Program-made: the position numbers and the translations under genes
DNA from: Pseudomonadota bacterium
GTDB taxonomy: Bacteria; Pseudomonadota; Gammaproteobacteria; Burkholderiales; Burkholderiaceae_B
Direction of reading: 5' to 3'
NCBI GenBank assembly: GCA_041175585.1
Contig: JBEDEU010000001.1
Coordinates: 1-32,878 of the forward strand
Length of the DNA: 32,878 bases
Shown here: positions 24,781 through 32,878 of the stretch, one piece after another
How the letters are laid out: each line of letters starts with the position of its first letter
Numbering within the stretch: position 1 is the stretch's first letter
Notes under the pieces: generated by a model
The model's input: the letters and a program-made list of their open reading frames with translations, nothing else
Told to the model about the DNA's origin: nothing
Databases searched by the model: none

Positions 24781-26973
24781 TTAGTAGTCATAGCGCAATG
24801 AAAACTGGACATTTCGACCGGCAGCGGTATAGGCATCCTTGACAGCACTTGCCTCTTCAAGCCCGCGCATATCCGACCAGCGCCAATATTTGGCATCGAA
24901 CGCGTTATTGATATTTACGTTGAGCGTTAAATTGCGATTCGGCTTCCAGAACCAACCTAGGTCGAGGACCGTGCTGGCTCCTGGCGCAAACTGTGTCTCT
25001 ACGGCTTGTGCAATATCACCCACCGATTTGGGTGCGCTGTAGGTAATGTTTCCACGTGCCCCCCACTGGCCGGCGTCATAACGCACACCAACGATCGCTT
25101 TGAGTGGCTCAACGCTATCTAGCGGTTGCACACGTCCGTTGATTTCGGTCGTCCCTTCGAGATAGGCAATGCCAGCTTGAAGGCTCCAGCGATCGTCGAT
25201 TTTTGTATCGGAACTAAGAACGACTCCCCGAATACGCGCGGTGCTTAGATTCACATACTGGTATACAAAGGGATTTGTAGGGCGGCCCCGGCCAGCGATC
25301 CGCTGCTGGCTAATAAAGTTTTTATATCGGTTATCAAACCCAGCAATGCTGTAACGAAAACCCTGGATCGATCCGCGGGCGCCTAGCTCGATGCTATCGG
25401 CATATTCAGGCTTGAGCTCGGGATTTCCGATACTCGTGTAGCCAGCAGCAAGATTGCTGAATCCATTATTGACCTGCTCAGGAGTTGGCGCCCGGAATCC
25501 GCGCGCGATCTGGGCGTAGGGCGAGACAGCCGGCATCCATTTCCACACTGCGCCAAGCCTTGGCGTTACCGCCTGACCCTGCGACCTTTGTGGCGTGGCA
25601 CCCACATAAGAATCGTTTGACGGGGATATCTGATAGTGATCAAAGCGCAGGCCTGGAATCACGCTGACAGATCCAAGCTCGATTTCACTTTGACCGAAGA
25701 TGCCGCTTTGCGTGTACCGTGAGTCGGGGAACGGCTTGACCGGAAACACCTCACCATAGGGTGGCACGGTTCCATTGCGTAGCCCAGACACTTGAGCTTG
25801 GCTCCAGTCGAACCCATAGGTTAATTTCTGATTAACCCAGCCAGACAGGTTCGATTCAAATTGCGAAGTGAGCCCGACCAGGCGAGTGCGGTAGGTGTTA
25901 TCGCGGGTTCGTGGTTGGGACCGAACACGCTCCTCTTCAGTGAACTGATTGACAAGGGCATCTTGCCAATAAATTTTCGTCTCTGCGCTTTGCACCCAAG
26001 CCGCGTTGAAATCAGTCACTCGGTGCTCAAGAGAGAGGCGGTCACGTTCAATACGATCGCGTGTATCGAAGTCTAGCGTAGCGCGTGGAGTCGTCGGTCG
26101 CAGTGCGCGCGCCGAATAGACCTCGGTTGCTTGAGTGCGATATTGAGACTCTGCCGTGAGTGTGAGTTGCTGCGCTGCACTGAGGGAATAGACGGCTTTG
26201 CCTAACAGGTAACGATTACGATAATTGGCTGGATTCGCTTGTGTACGCATCAAAGTTTTTGATGCATCATCGCCATGTGTTGCCGTCTCGTGTCCCAAGC
26301 GATAGCTGCCGAGCACCATCCCCTGCCACGCCTCTCGTTGACCTGCTGCCGCAAGCGTTGCTGCCGTCGACCGATCGATACTCGCATAGCTCAGTCGCGA
26401 GAATGCCGCCACCGATTGCGAGCGAAGCAGATCGCTTGGGTCAAGCGTGCGGAAGCTCACGGCGCCGGCTAGACCGTCACTGCCATATTGCGTCGAAGCG
26501 GGTCCACGCAACACCTCGACTGACTTGAGACCATCAATATCAAGGAAGTCGCCACGTCCGGTCGCAAAGGCCCCAAAATTGAAGCCATTTGGAATTCGGA
26601 TGCCATCAACCAACATGAGGACTTGATTGCCTCCGAGTCCGCGAATGTTGATCCCTTCATTACCCGCTCGGGCGCTGGAGTTCCCGCCCATGCCGAAGCG
26701 TGTTGGCCCGGCGCGCACGCTGACGTCAAGCTCATTACGAAACAGGTCTTTGATATCGCGTGCACCCTCTTGCTCTATTTTTTGCGCACCGATTACTGTG
26801 ACAGAGGCAGGCACGTCCTCAATGCGCCGGGTGCTGCGTGTTGCACTCACCGTGACCTCTTCAAGCCGGTTCGCTGAGGTGTTCAGTGGGGAATCCGTAT
26901 CCGCTATGACTAGACGGGGTAGGTGTATTCCAAGTGCTAATACATAAAGAGATGCGCGCGTTTTGCTCAGCAT
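24781..26973 (-). CDS. hmuR: TonB-dependent haem/haemoglobin receptor
   Basis: TonB box EEVTVSATR, plug INIRG...LVDG...VEVLRGPASTQYGSDGLAG, FRAP...NPELKPE, and an aromatic C-terminus (LRYDY). Sits in the hmu operon. Confidence 0.9.
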   Translation of the reverse strand: MLSKTRASLYVLALGIHLPRLVIADTDSPLNTSANRLEEVTVSATRSTRRIEDVPASVTVIGAQKIEQEGARDIKDLFRNELDVSVRAGPTRFGMGGNSSARAGNEGINIRGLGGNQVLMLVDGIRIPNGFNFGAFATGRGDFLDIDGLKSVEVLRGPASTQYGSDGLAGAVSFRTLDPSDLLRSQSVAAFSRLSYASIDRSTAATLAAAGQREAWQGMVLGSYRLGHETATHGDDASKTLMRTQANPANYRNRYLLGKAVYSLSAAQQLTLTAESQYRTQATEVYSARALRPTTPRATLDFDTRDRIERDRLSLEHRVTDFNAAWVQSAETKIYWQDALVNQFTEEERVRSQPRTRDNTYRTRLVGLTSQFESNLSGWVNQKLTYGFDWSQAQVSGLRNGTVPPYGEVFPVKPFPDSRYTQSGIFGQSEIELGSVSVIPGLRFDHYQISPSNDSYVGATPQRSQGQAVTPRLGAVWKWMPAVSPYAQIARGFRAPTPEQVNNGFSNLAAGYTSIGNPELKPEYADSIELGARGSIQGFRYSIAGFDNRYKNFISQQRIAGRGRPTNPFVYQYVNLSTARIRGVVLSSDTKIDDRWSLQAGIAYLEGTTEINGRVQPLDSVEPLKAIVGVRYDAGQWGARGNITYSAPKSVGDIAQAVETQFAPGASTVLDLGWFWKPNRNLTLNVNINNAFDAKYWRWSDMRGLEEASAVKDAYTAAGRNVQFSLRYDY

Positions 26974-27066
26974 AGTGTGTCCTAAAGCATCTTAGGCACT
27001 GGCTGGCGACGGCTGGCTTGTGCGTATTACAGAATCTTCACGGCCCTGAGTAGTTCGGGACCGTGA
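26974..27066 (-). promoter_or_regulatory. Structured hmuR leader: stem-loop, GCCAGCC direct repeat and SD-occluding hairpin (putative HmuP-responsive element)
   Basis: On the minus strand: hairpin UCACGGUCCCGA-ACUAC-UCAGGGCCGUGA (27038-27066), GCCAGCC twice (27011-27017 and 27001-27007), and GUG-CCUAA...UUAGG-A-CAC pairing over the AGGA SD. Confidence 0.55.
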
Positions 27067-27074
27067 TACGAATT

Positions 27075-27281
27075 TTATTTAGTGAGAATTAACTTACCGA
27101 GAGAGGTTTTGCGCAGGCGATACAACACACCATCATGTTGGATATGAATCTCAATGGCGTTGCAGAACAGCGCCTGACTAGTCGTGTGGATAACACCGTG
27201 CTGCGACAAGCCTGGCATCCCTATATTTTGGGGATTTGGCTTTTTTGAAGCGGGGTTTAACGCATGAGCAAAGACATCCAT
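27075..27281 (-). CDS. hemP: Haemin uptake regulator HemP/HmuP
   Basis: 68 aa, with C-terminal IQHDGVLYRLRKTSLGKLILTK (HemP signature). First gene of the haem operon. Confidence 0.9.
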   Translation of the reverse strand: MDVFAHALNPASKKPNPQNIGMPGLSQHGVIHTTSQALFCNAIEIHIQHDGVLYRLRKTSLGKLILTK

Positions 27282-27296
27282 GCGTGCATTTTAAAC

Positions 27297-27315
27297 GATA
27301 ATGATTCTCATTTGC
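27297..27315. promoter_or_regulatory. Fur box
   Basis: Minus strand GCAAATGAGAATCATTATC matches the consensus GATAATGATAATCATTATC at 16/19. It lies 15 nt upstream of hemP. Confidence 0.88.
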
Positions 27316-27346
27316 AAAAAATGCACGGCAATTTTGTAACACATCG

Positions 27347-28279
27347 TTACTGCGCTGCAGCGAGTCCTTTGATAATGGTCGCCGCATTGTGTTCGATTAG
27401 TTTCAAGTAGGTATCCACAGCAGTGCCTGGCTCAGAGAGCGCGTCGGCATAGAGCGTTCCACCGATGCGCGCCCCACTCTCCTTTGTGATCCGTTCAAGA
27501 ACGCGTGCATCCGATATATTTTCAACAAAAATCGCGGTGACCTTATTCTTCTTTATCTGGTCGATGATACGGACAACATCTGCGGCCGAGGGCTCACTTC
27601 CTGTCGACAACCCCTGCAAAGGGTAGAACTTAACGTTATAGGCGGCTGCAAAATATCCAAACGCATCGTGCGAGGTAACAATACGCCGCTGTGCGACGGG
27701 AATGGGTTTCAAACGTTCCCGGATTGACTGATCCAGTGCATCTAAGTCACGACTATAAGCTTGCGCACGCTGTTCGAACTCTTGTGCCGCTGCAGGCTTT
27801 GCCGCCGCAAGCGCGAGCCGTATGTTTTGTACGTACTGTTTAACATTCAAAGGATTCTGCCAGGCATGCGGATCGGCCGCATGACTATGGCTATGACCAT
27901 GTTGATGACCATGCCCTGCCGCCTCTTGAATTGTCTTTACGCCTCGGCTTGCCACGGTAACTGAGCCACGATACCCAGAGGACTTGATCAAGCGATCCAT
28001 CCAGCCCTCAAAGCCCAAACCATTGATGACTACAAGTTTCGCACCCGCAAGACGCTTAGCGTCAGCCGGGGTAGGATCAAAAACATGCGCATCCGCATTC
28101 GGTCCAACCAAGCTCGTGACTTCAACGTGCGAGCCACCGATCACTTTTACGAGATCAGCAAGGATTGAAAAACTTGTCACGACGGGCAACGGCTGAGCCA
28201 CTACTGGCGCCGCCATCACACTCGCAAGACTCAGTAGCACCAATAAACGAAACGAATGAAATATGCCAACGCGCATCAT
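27347..28279 (-). CDS. znuA: Zn/Mn ABC transporter substrate-binding protein (cluster A-I) with His-rich loop
   Basis: VVTSFSIL, DAHVFDPTP, NGLGFEGW, loop GHGHQHGHSHSH, DPHAW, TSHDAFGYF and LYADAL. Confidence 0.85.
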   Translation of the reverse strand: MMRVGIFHSFRLLVLLSLASVMAAPVVAQPLPVVTSFSILADLVKVIGGSHVEVTSLVGPNADAHVFDPTPADAKRLAGAKLVVINGLGFEGWMDRLIKSSGYRGSVTVASRGVKTIQEAAGHGHQHGHSHSHAADPHAWQNPLNVKQYVQNIRLALAAAKPAAAQEFEQRAQAYSRDLDALDQSIRERLKPIPVAQRRIVTSHDAFGYFAAAYNVKFYPLQGLSTGSEPSAADVVRIIDQIKKNKVTAIFVENISDARVLERITKESGARIGGTLYADALSEPGTAVDTYLKLIEHNAATIIKGLAAAQ

Positions 28280-29169
28280 GACTCCTTATGTTGTGGGGCA
28301 GGAAACCACACCTGTCTAAGACTATCTCGCGAACCAAAAAACAATGAAATTAAGTAAAGCGCACCTGCCACAAGCACAATGCTGGGCCCCGATGGAAAAT
28401 TAGCGTGATAAGAAATCAGCAAACCGATCACGGCGCTTACAGCTCCCATGCAGGCCGCAACACTCGCGCGAGCGATGACGCCGTAACACCAAAATCGGGC
28501 AGCTGTCGCAGGAAGCATGAGAAGTCCTACTGCCATCAAAGTCCCCAGCGCTTGAAAGCCAGACACCAACGTCAAAACGACTATCAACATAAATACCTGA
28601 TGGATCAGCCCACCACGACCACCGACAGTACGTAAAAATGCCGGATCAAAGCACTCAATGATGAGTGGGCGCCATATCACCGCAAGGACCAGCAAGGTAA
28701 TGGTCGAGGCACCTGCAATCATGATCAGTGATTCATCATTCGTCGCAAGAACGCTACCAAACAGAAAATGCAACAAATCTACTTTGCTTCCACTGGTGGA
28801 GATCAGCAACACGCCAAGCGCCAAAGAAATGAGGTAGAACGAGGCAAAACTCGCATCCTCCTTTTGTTTGGTCCAGCGCGTCACTAAGTTAGCAAGCAGC
28901 GCCATCAAGGCGGCAGCAACAAAACTGCCAATCGTCATCGCAGGTAGCGATAGCCCAAAAAATATAAATCCGACTGCAGCGCCAGGTAGTACGGCATGCG
29001 CGATCGCATCCCCAGCCAGACTCATGCGTCGCAGCACCAAAATCGTACCGATAGGACCACACGCTAAGCCAATTGCCACACACGCAACGAGCGCGCGTCG
29101 CATAAAACCATAATCGACGAATGGCAAAAGCACGAAGTTATATATTTGTTGCAGAGCGTCCAACACCAT
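28276..29169 (-). CDS. znuB: Zn/Mn ABC transporter permease
   Basis: FMRRAL, RRMSLAGDAIAHAVLPG, LFGSVL, FDP and PSGPSIV. Confidence 0.85.
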   Translation of the reverse strand: MVLDALQQIYNFVLLPFVDYGFMRRALVACVAIGLACGPIGTILVLRRMSLAGDAIAHAVLPGAAVGFIFFGLSLPAMTIGSFVAAALMALLANLVTRWTKQKEDASFASFYLISLALGVLLISTSGSKVDLLHFLFGSVLATNDESLIMIAGASTITLLVLAVIWRPLIIECFDPAFLRTVGGRGGLIHQVFMLIVVLTLVSGFQALGTLMAVGLLMLPATAARFWCYGVIARASVAACMGAVSAVIGLLISYHANFPSGPSIVLVAGALYLISLFFGSRDSLRQVWFPAPQHKES

Positions 29170-29954
29170 TAGAAGCGCCCCTCTTGCTCAGGCGCTCGGA
29201 CGCACCAAGGTGCACGATCATCCCAGTATTCAGCTGTGGCACGGGCTCGGGACAAATTATCTGTACTTAACACCGTCTCTGTGGCATCCCAGGCGATTGC
29301 CTCACGCGCTAATAAAAGTGTCTGTGGGAAGTATCGACGCACCATCTCCAGATCATGCAAGACAGCAATCACGGTACGCGAATGATGATGCCAATCCAGA
29401 ACAACTTGCAGCAAGTCTTCAACCGTTCGCGTGTCTAACGCGTTAAACGGCTCATCTAATAAGATGATCGGCGCATCCTGCATCAAGAGGCGTGCAAACA
29501 GAACACGTTGCAATTGACCAACCGATAGCTCGCCAATAAAACGCCGCTCGAATCCGACAAGACCAACCGCCGCAAGCATTTCGGTTGCTCGCTGCCTGAC
29601 CTCACGCGAGGCAGGCAAAAAACTCCCCATGACTTTCCATGCCCCGAGCACAACAACATCAAGGACACGAACTGGGAACTCTCGATCGATCGCGGACTGC
29701 TGCGGTAGATAAGCCAAATCAATGTGTGGCGTATCGCCGAAACGAATAGATCCCTCGATCCCTTTGATCTGACCAGACAAGGCTGACAGCAACGTGCTTT
29801 TGCCGGCGCCATTTGGACCGACAATCGCTGTGAGCGAGCCCGACGAGAACGTTCCGGACAAATGATGCACCGCCGGATGCCCATCGTAGGCGACCGTCAA
29901 GTTTGTCAGCGCTATGTCTGGTGCCAACGAGGCTTGCGCAAGCAGCTTATCCAT
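29169..29954 (-). CDS. znuC: Zn/Mn ABC transporter ATPase
   Basis: GPNGAGKST, AYLPQQS, LSVGQLQR, LLDEPF and VLHD. Start reassigned to ATG 29954. Confidence 0.85.
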   Translation of the reverse strand: MDKLLAQASLAPDIALTNLTVAYDGHPAVHHLSGTFSSGSLTAIVGPNGAGKSTLLSALSGQIKGIEGSIRFGDTPHIDLAYLPQQSAIDREFPVRVLDVVVLGAWKVMGSFLPASREVRQRATEMLAAVGLVGFERRFIGELSVGQLQRVLFARLLMQDAPIILLDEPFNALDTRTVEDLLQVVLDWHHHSRTVIAVLHDLEMVRRYFPQTLLLAREAIAWDATETVLSTDNLSRARATAEYWDDRAPWCVRAPEQEGRF

Positions 29955-30150
29955 TGTTCTGAAGCGCCCAAAACACCGCCAGCCAAACGACACACACCAC
30001 CCCGCAGACAACTGCCACACGCTGCCCCACTCCGCTTAGCACTGGACTATGTAGCGCAGGCGGTGCGTAGACAATCGCGGTTGGCGCATGCGAGTGGCCA
30101 GAGTGGGAGTGCTCGTGGTGCACATGCTCGTGCTTCGGTGCTGACGACAT
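29947..30150 (-). CDS. Small His-rich single-TM membrane protein heading the znu-like operon
   Basis: 67 aa: KHEHVHHEHSHSGHSH followed by the hydrophobic RVAVVCGVVCVVWLAVFWAL. Overlaps the znuC start by 8 bp. No clear SD. Confidence 0.65.
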   Translation of the reverse strand: MSSAPKHEHVHHEHSHSGHSHAPTAIVYAPPALHSPVLSGVGQRVAVVCGVVCVVWLAVFWALQNNG

Positions 30151-30210
30151 TATCGAAGAAGAAAAGTTGGGAAATGCTGGTTAAGCGTGGAAATCACCCA
30201 TGCAATTCAA

Positions 30211-30237
30211 TAATGATAATACAATATCAATATTGAT
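30211..30237. promoter_or_regulatory. AT-rich dyads in the znu/regulator divergent promoter (putative Zur/Fur-family operator)
   Basis: TGATA-N6-TATCA (30214-30229) overlaps the perfect palindrome ATCAATATTGAT (30226-30237). Confidence 0.5.
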
Positions 30238-30254
30238 GTAGGTAAGATACGGGT

Positions 30255-30644
30255 ATGCATAACAGTGACGCTCCCAAAGCCGAGCGCTCCACGCGACAGC
30301 GTGCGGCGATTCGAGAAGCGATTGAACAAGCCGGAAGGCCCTTGCTCGCCCAAGAGGTTCTAGACCTTGCCTGCCTGCATGTGCCCCGCCTTGGAATTGC
30401 GACCGTTTATCGCAACATCAAAGCGATGGTAGAAGAAGGCGCAATCAAGCAAGTGCTGCTCCCCGGAGAGAACCCCCGATTCGAGCTAGCCGGACACGAC
30501 CATCACCACCACTTTCAATGCAACACATGCCAGAAAGTCTTTGATATTCACTCGTGCCCGAGCGATCTGATGAACCTGGCACCCAAAGGCTTCAAAGTGG
30601 AAAGTCACGACCTCACACTTTACGGCCGCTGCAAAGATTGCTGA
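30255..30644 (+). CDS. Fur-family metalloregulator, probably Zur-like
   Basis: STRQR, GIATVYRN, HHHHFQCNTC and C-terminal GRCKDC. Divergent from the znu-like operon. Confidence 0.88.
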   Translation: MHNSDAPKAERSTRQRAAIREAIEQAGRPLLAQEVLDLACLHVPRLGIATVYRNIKAMVEEGAIKQVLLPGENPRFELAGHDHHHHFQCNTCQKVFDIHSCPSDLMNLAPKGFKVESHDLTLYGRCKDC

Positions 30645-30647
30645 GCG

Positions 30648-31748
30648 TCAGGCGTGCGCCATCCACGCAGCGCTAAACATCAATAGGCCAAAGAGTAAGA
30701 CTGCTATCGAGGCTAAACCCTGGACAATTGCAATTAAGTACATACCCAGACGTAACTTTGGGCCGTCCACGATCTTCTCAAGTGCATGATTCGCCCATAA
30801 CGACGCGCTCGCCAAAGCAGCAACCGTCAGACCCGTGCCCAAACCCATCGCCAACGCCGCAGCAATGCCTGCAATAAAGAAACCCTGCGAAAGCGTAAAA
30901 ACCAATACAAATACAGCACCAGTGCAAGGCCTGAGGCCGATCGCCAAAATCGCAGATGTGGCACGAGACCAGTTGAGTTTTCCACTTACCAACGCGGGAT
31001 CGGGCACATGAAGGTGGCCGCAACCACAATCCGCATTATGTTGATGCGCGGGCATATGTTGATGCGCGTGCTCGTGCGCATGACCATGTTCGTGGTGCTC
31101 GTGTGAGTGATACTCATGCGCGTGGTGCTCGTGTGCAGGATGCTGGTGGCCCTGCGCCCCACGCTGAAACGCTGCGCGGATGACATGGCGATAAACCAGA
31201 AAGAGTCCAAGCGCCACCATCATGAAATAGGATCCTAGCTCCAGCCACCAGGTGGCCCGATTCAGGGTCACACCCGACACATTGAGCAACCCCGCCGCCA
31301 CACCGACCAGGACAACAGCGACGACAGCTTGCAAAAAGGCGGATAACAAAGCCAAAAGTGCGCCATTGCGAATTGTTTCTCGGTTCGCAAGCACGTAGGC
31401 GGTCAACACAGCCTTACCATGCCCGGGTCCAAGCGCATGAAACACGCCGTAAGCGAATGAAAGGCCCAACAAAAGCCATGCTGCCCAGCCATCCTGCTGC
31501 CATGCACGCACGGCCCCCGTAAGTTGCCGATAGAAATGTGACTGCCACATAGCCATCTGCGCAGAGAACTCGGCAAACCAGCCACCGAGGCTAAAGTTCA
31601 GCCTTTGCTCGGGCGTCGCAAATGGATGTGCAGCTTGCGCCATCACATCCGTCGAAACAAGGAATAGACCGCCGACGCAAAGCGCAAGCGCCAATGCGAT
31701 CGTGTATCGGTTCACAAAAAAATAGGCCTGACTTTCACGTCTCAACAC
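30648..31748 (-). CDS. NiCoT/RcnA-family metal transporter with His-rich loop (ZevB-like)
   Basis: YGVFHALGPGHGK, a long His tract ending CGCGH, GLRPCTGA and AMGLGT. Start uncertain. Confidence 0.85.
   Translation of the reverse strand: MLRRESQAYFFVNRYTIALALALCVGGLFLVSTDVMAQAAHPFATPEQRLNFSLGGWFAEFSAQMAMWQSHFYRQLTGAVRAWQQDGWAAWLLLGLSFAYGVFHALGPGHGKAVLTAYVLANRETIRNGALLALLSAFLQAVVAVVLVGVAAGLLNVSGVTLNRATWWLELGSYFMMVALGLFLVYRHVIRAAFQRGAQGHQHPAHEHHAHEYHSHEHHEHGHAHEHAHQHMPAHQHNADCGCGHLHVPDPALVSGKLNWSRATSAILAIGLRPCTGAVFVLVFTLSQGFFIAGIAAALAMGLGTGLTVAALASASLWANHALEKIVDGPKLRLGMYLIAIVQGLASIAVLLFGLLMFSAAWMAHA
31091..31135. repeat. 15-bp direct repeat in the His-tract coding region
   Basis: cgtggtgctcgtgtg at 31091-31105 and 31121-31135, encoding HEHH units. 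Confidence 0.7.
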
Positions 31749-32419
31749 GTCACCTTGAATTGATGCGACAGTTGCTTAGTCACTTCTTTCAGCTCTGGTG
31801 GAAGCTCTTTTTGATCTGCGGGAATTGACCAAAGAAGTCGCTCTGTTTTCGGATCCAGCGGCCGCGGGGCTATATAGTTAATCCGGCAACTCTGAGGTGC
31901 ACCGTCCAAAAGGTAGGAGGAAGAGCCCTTGTAGGCAAACGCAACAAAATAACTGGGATCCGAGATATCAACTTCGACGGCTTGTTTGCCTGGAGTGATG
32001 GGCGCAACAAACGGCAGTTCAAACGAAAGCGTCAACTGACCACTTTTTACATCCCACTTGGTGACCGCATCTTTGGCCACACCAAAAGCAAACTTATTTG
32101 TACCTTGCAACGCTTCAGTAAAAAAATGCGACTCAGGGTCAGCAAGCGCCGTCATCCACTCTTTGGTTATTTTCTCAAGTTCTTCTGAAGCAACCTCTCC
32201 CGCCTTGGAGCGGGTTAGCCCCTGTAACGCGTAAGCTGCGAATAACTCATCGAACTTCCAACTCTGACGCAAGGAAACAATCTGTCCCTGGCTGTTGAAC
32301 ACGAGTTGAACCCCGCCGTCGATAAAAATATGGGGATGTGCGAAAGCTGGGATCTGCAAACATGCCCAGAGGCCCACCACCTGCAAACACTTACGAAAAA
32401 TCACTGAACTGCGAGACAT
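31742..32419 (-). CDS. DUF1007-family periplasmic protein (ZevA-like)
   Basis: Signal peptide ending AFA-HPHIFID, with WKFDELF and DPSYF. Coupled to the NiCoT gene. Start at ATG 32419 preferred. Confidence 0.85.
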   Translation of the reverse strand: MSRSSVIFRKCLQVVGLWACLQIPAFAHPHIFIDGGVQLVFNSQGQIVSLRQSWKFDELFAAYALQGLTRSKAGEVASEELEKITKEWMTALADPESHFFTEALQGTNKFAFGVAKDAVTKWDVKSGQLTLSFELPFVAPITPGKQAVEVDISDPSYFVAFAYKGSSSYLLDGAPQSCRINYIAPRPLDPKTERLLWSIPADQKELPPELKEVTKQLSHQFKVTC

Positions 32420-32488
32420 ACCACTCACCTTCAACGAGGATGGAACCCGTTTTGACAGCAGAAATCGGATTAGAGTTCCATTTTAAGT

Positions 32489-32878
32489 CTAGACGACCCT
32501 TGCCGCAGCTAATAACTCAAATAATTCAGTTGTGTCCTCTAGACTATCGAGTTGCTCGATCAGTGCAATGGAGCGGTCAATTTGGGCCGGAGACAAGCAC
32601 GATTGCACCACGTGACGGTACTTATAAACCACGTCATCATGGGATAAAGGGTTTTCTGGGCTACCGCGCCGATTCAGTATTTCGTGTTCTAGGCGACGGC
32701 CATCCATTGTCGTGAGTGCAACTCTTGCGGCATGCCGATACGCAGGCCCCATTGCGTCGATCTCTGGGTCAATCCGTGCATCAATCCGTTTGATAAAGTC
32801 CATGACGAGAGGATCGGCTAATCGCTGCTCCTGGTACTGGGCGACAAACGCCATCCCATCAAAACCCATCACAGCCAG
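32489..32878 (-). CDS. MmgE/PrpD-family protein, C-terminal part (5' end outside the window)
   Basis: RLADP, ARVALTTMDGR and RGSPENPLS...KY are typical of the MmgE/PrpD C-terminus. The frame is open to the window edge. Confidence 0.78.
   Translation of the reverse strand: MAVMGFDGMAFVAQYQEQRLADPLVMDFIKRIDARIDPEIDAMGPAYRHAARVALTTMDGRRLEHEILNRRGSPENPLSHDDVVYKYRHVVQSCLSPAQIDRSIALIEQLDSLEDTTELFELLAAARVV

Noticed and set aside
32440-32481. Inverted repeat ATGGAAC...GTTCCAT as a terminator or riboswitch
   Set aside because: The arms are only 7 bp with a 28-nt loop, there is no U-tail on the coding strand, and no recognisable aptamer.
1-32878. CRISPR arrays, IS/prophage elements, tRNA/rRNA, defence systems
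   Set aside because: The intergenic gaps are all short, and I saw no repeat-spacer pattern, transposase, integrase or structural RNA signature.

Overview
Tightly packed chromosomal window (GC in the mid-50s % by eye). The gene content (Bug/TctC protein, hemP-hmu locus) suggests a betaproteobacterium, possibly Burkholderiales/Alcaligenaceae; this is inference. I found no mobile elements, CRISPR arrays, rRNA or tRNA. There are four blocks. (1) 1-3642: a LysR gene divergent from a DapA-family lyase, Bug/TctC binding protein and SDR operon. (2) 3717-20246: a pyridine-carboxylate island. It has nadC followed by a PhnN (ribose-1,5-bisphosphokinase)/AMP-phosphorylase-type fusion, then enamidase, TetR, 6-hydroxynicotinate reductase, a UPF0280/ApbE-like protein, an AA_synth/DUF1185 protein, a Liv-type ABC importer and a NicAB-type molybdenum hydroxylase with three c-type haems. 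(3) 20230-27315: a Fur-boxed haem uptake operon, hemP-hmuR-hmuS-hmuTUV-tonB. (4) 27347-32434: Zn/Ni/Co homeostasis genes (znuCBA-like genes with a small His-rich membrane ORF, a Fur/Zur-family regulator, DUF1007 and a NiCoT/RcnA-like transporter), followed by a partial MmgE/PrpD gene. Main hypothesis: NadC plus the PhnN-phosphorylase fusion form a PRPP-recycling cycle that converts quinolinate to nicotinate and feeds the adjacent nicotinate catabolic pathway. An 18-bp palindrome shared by the nadC and hnr promoter regions supports co-regulation.
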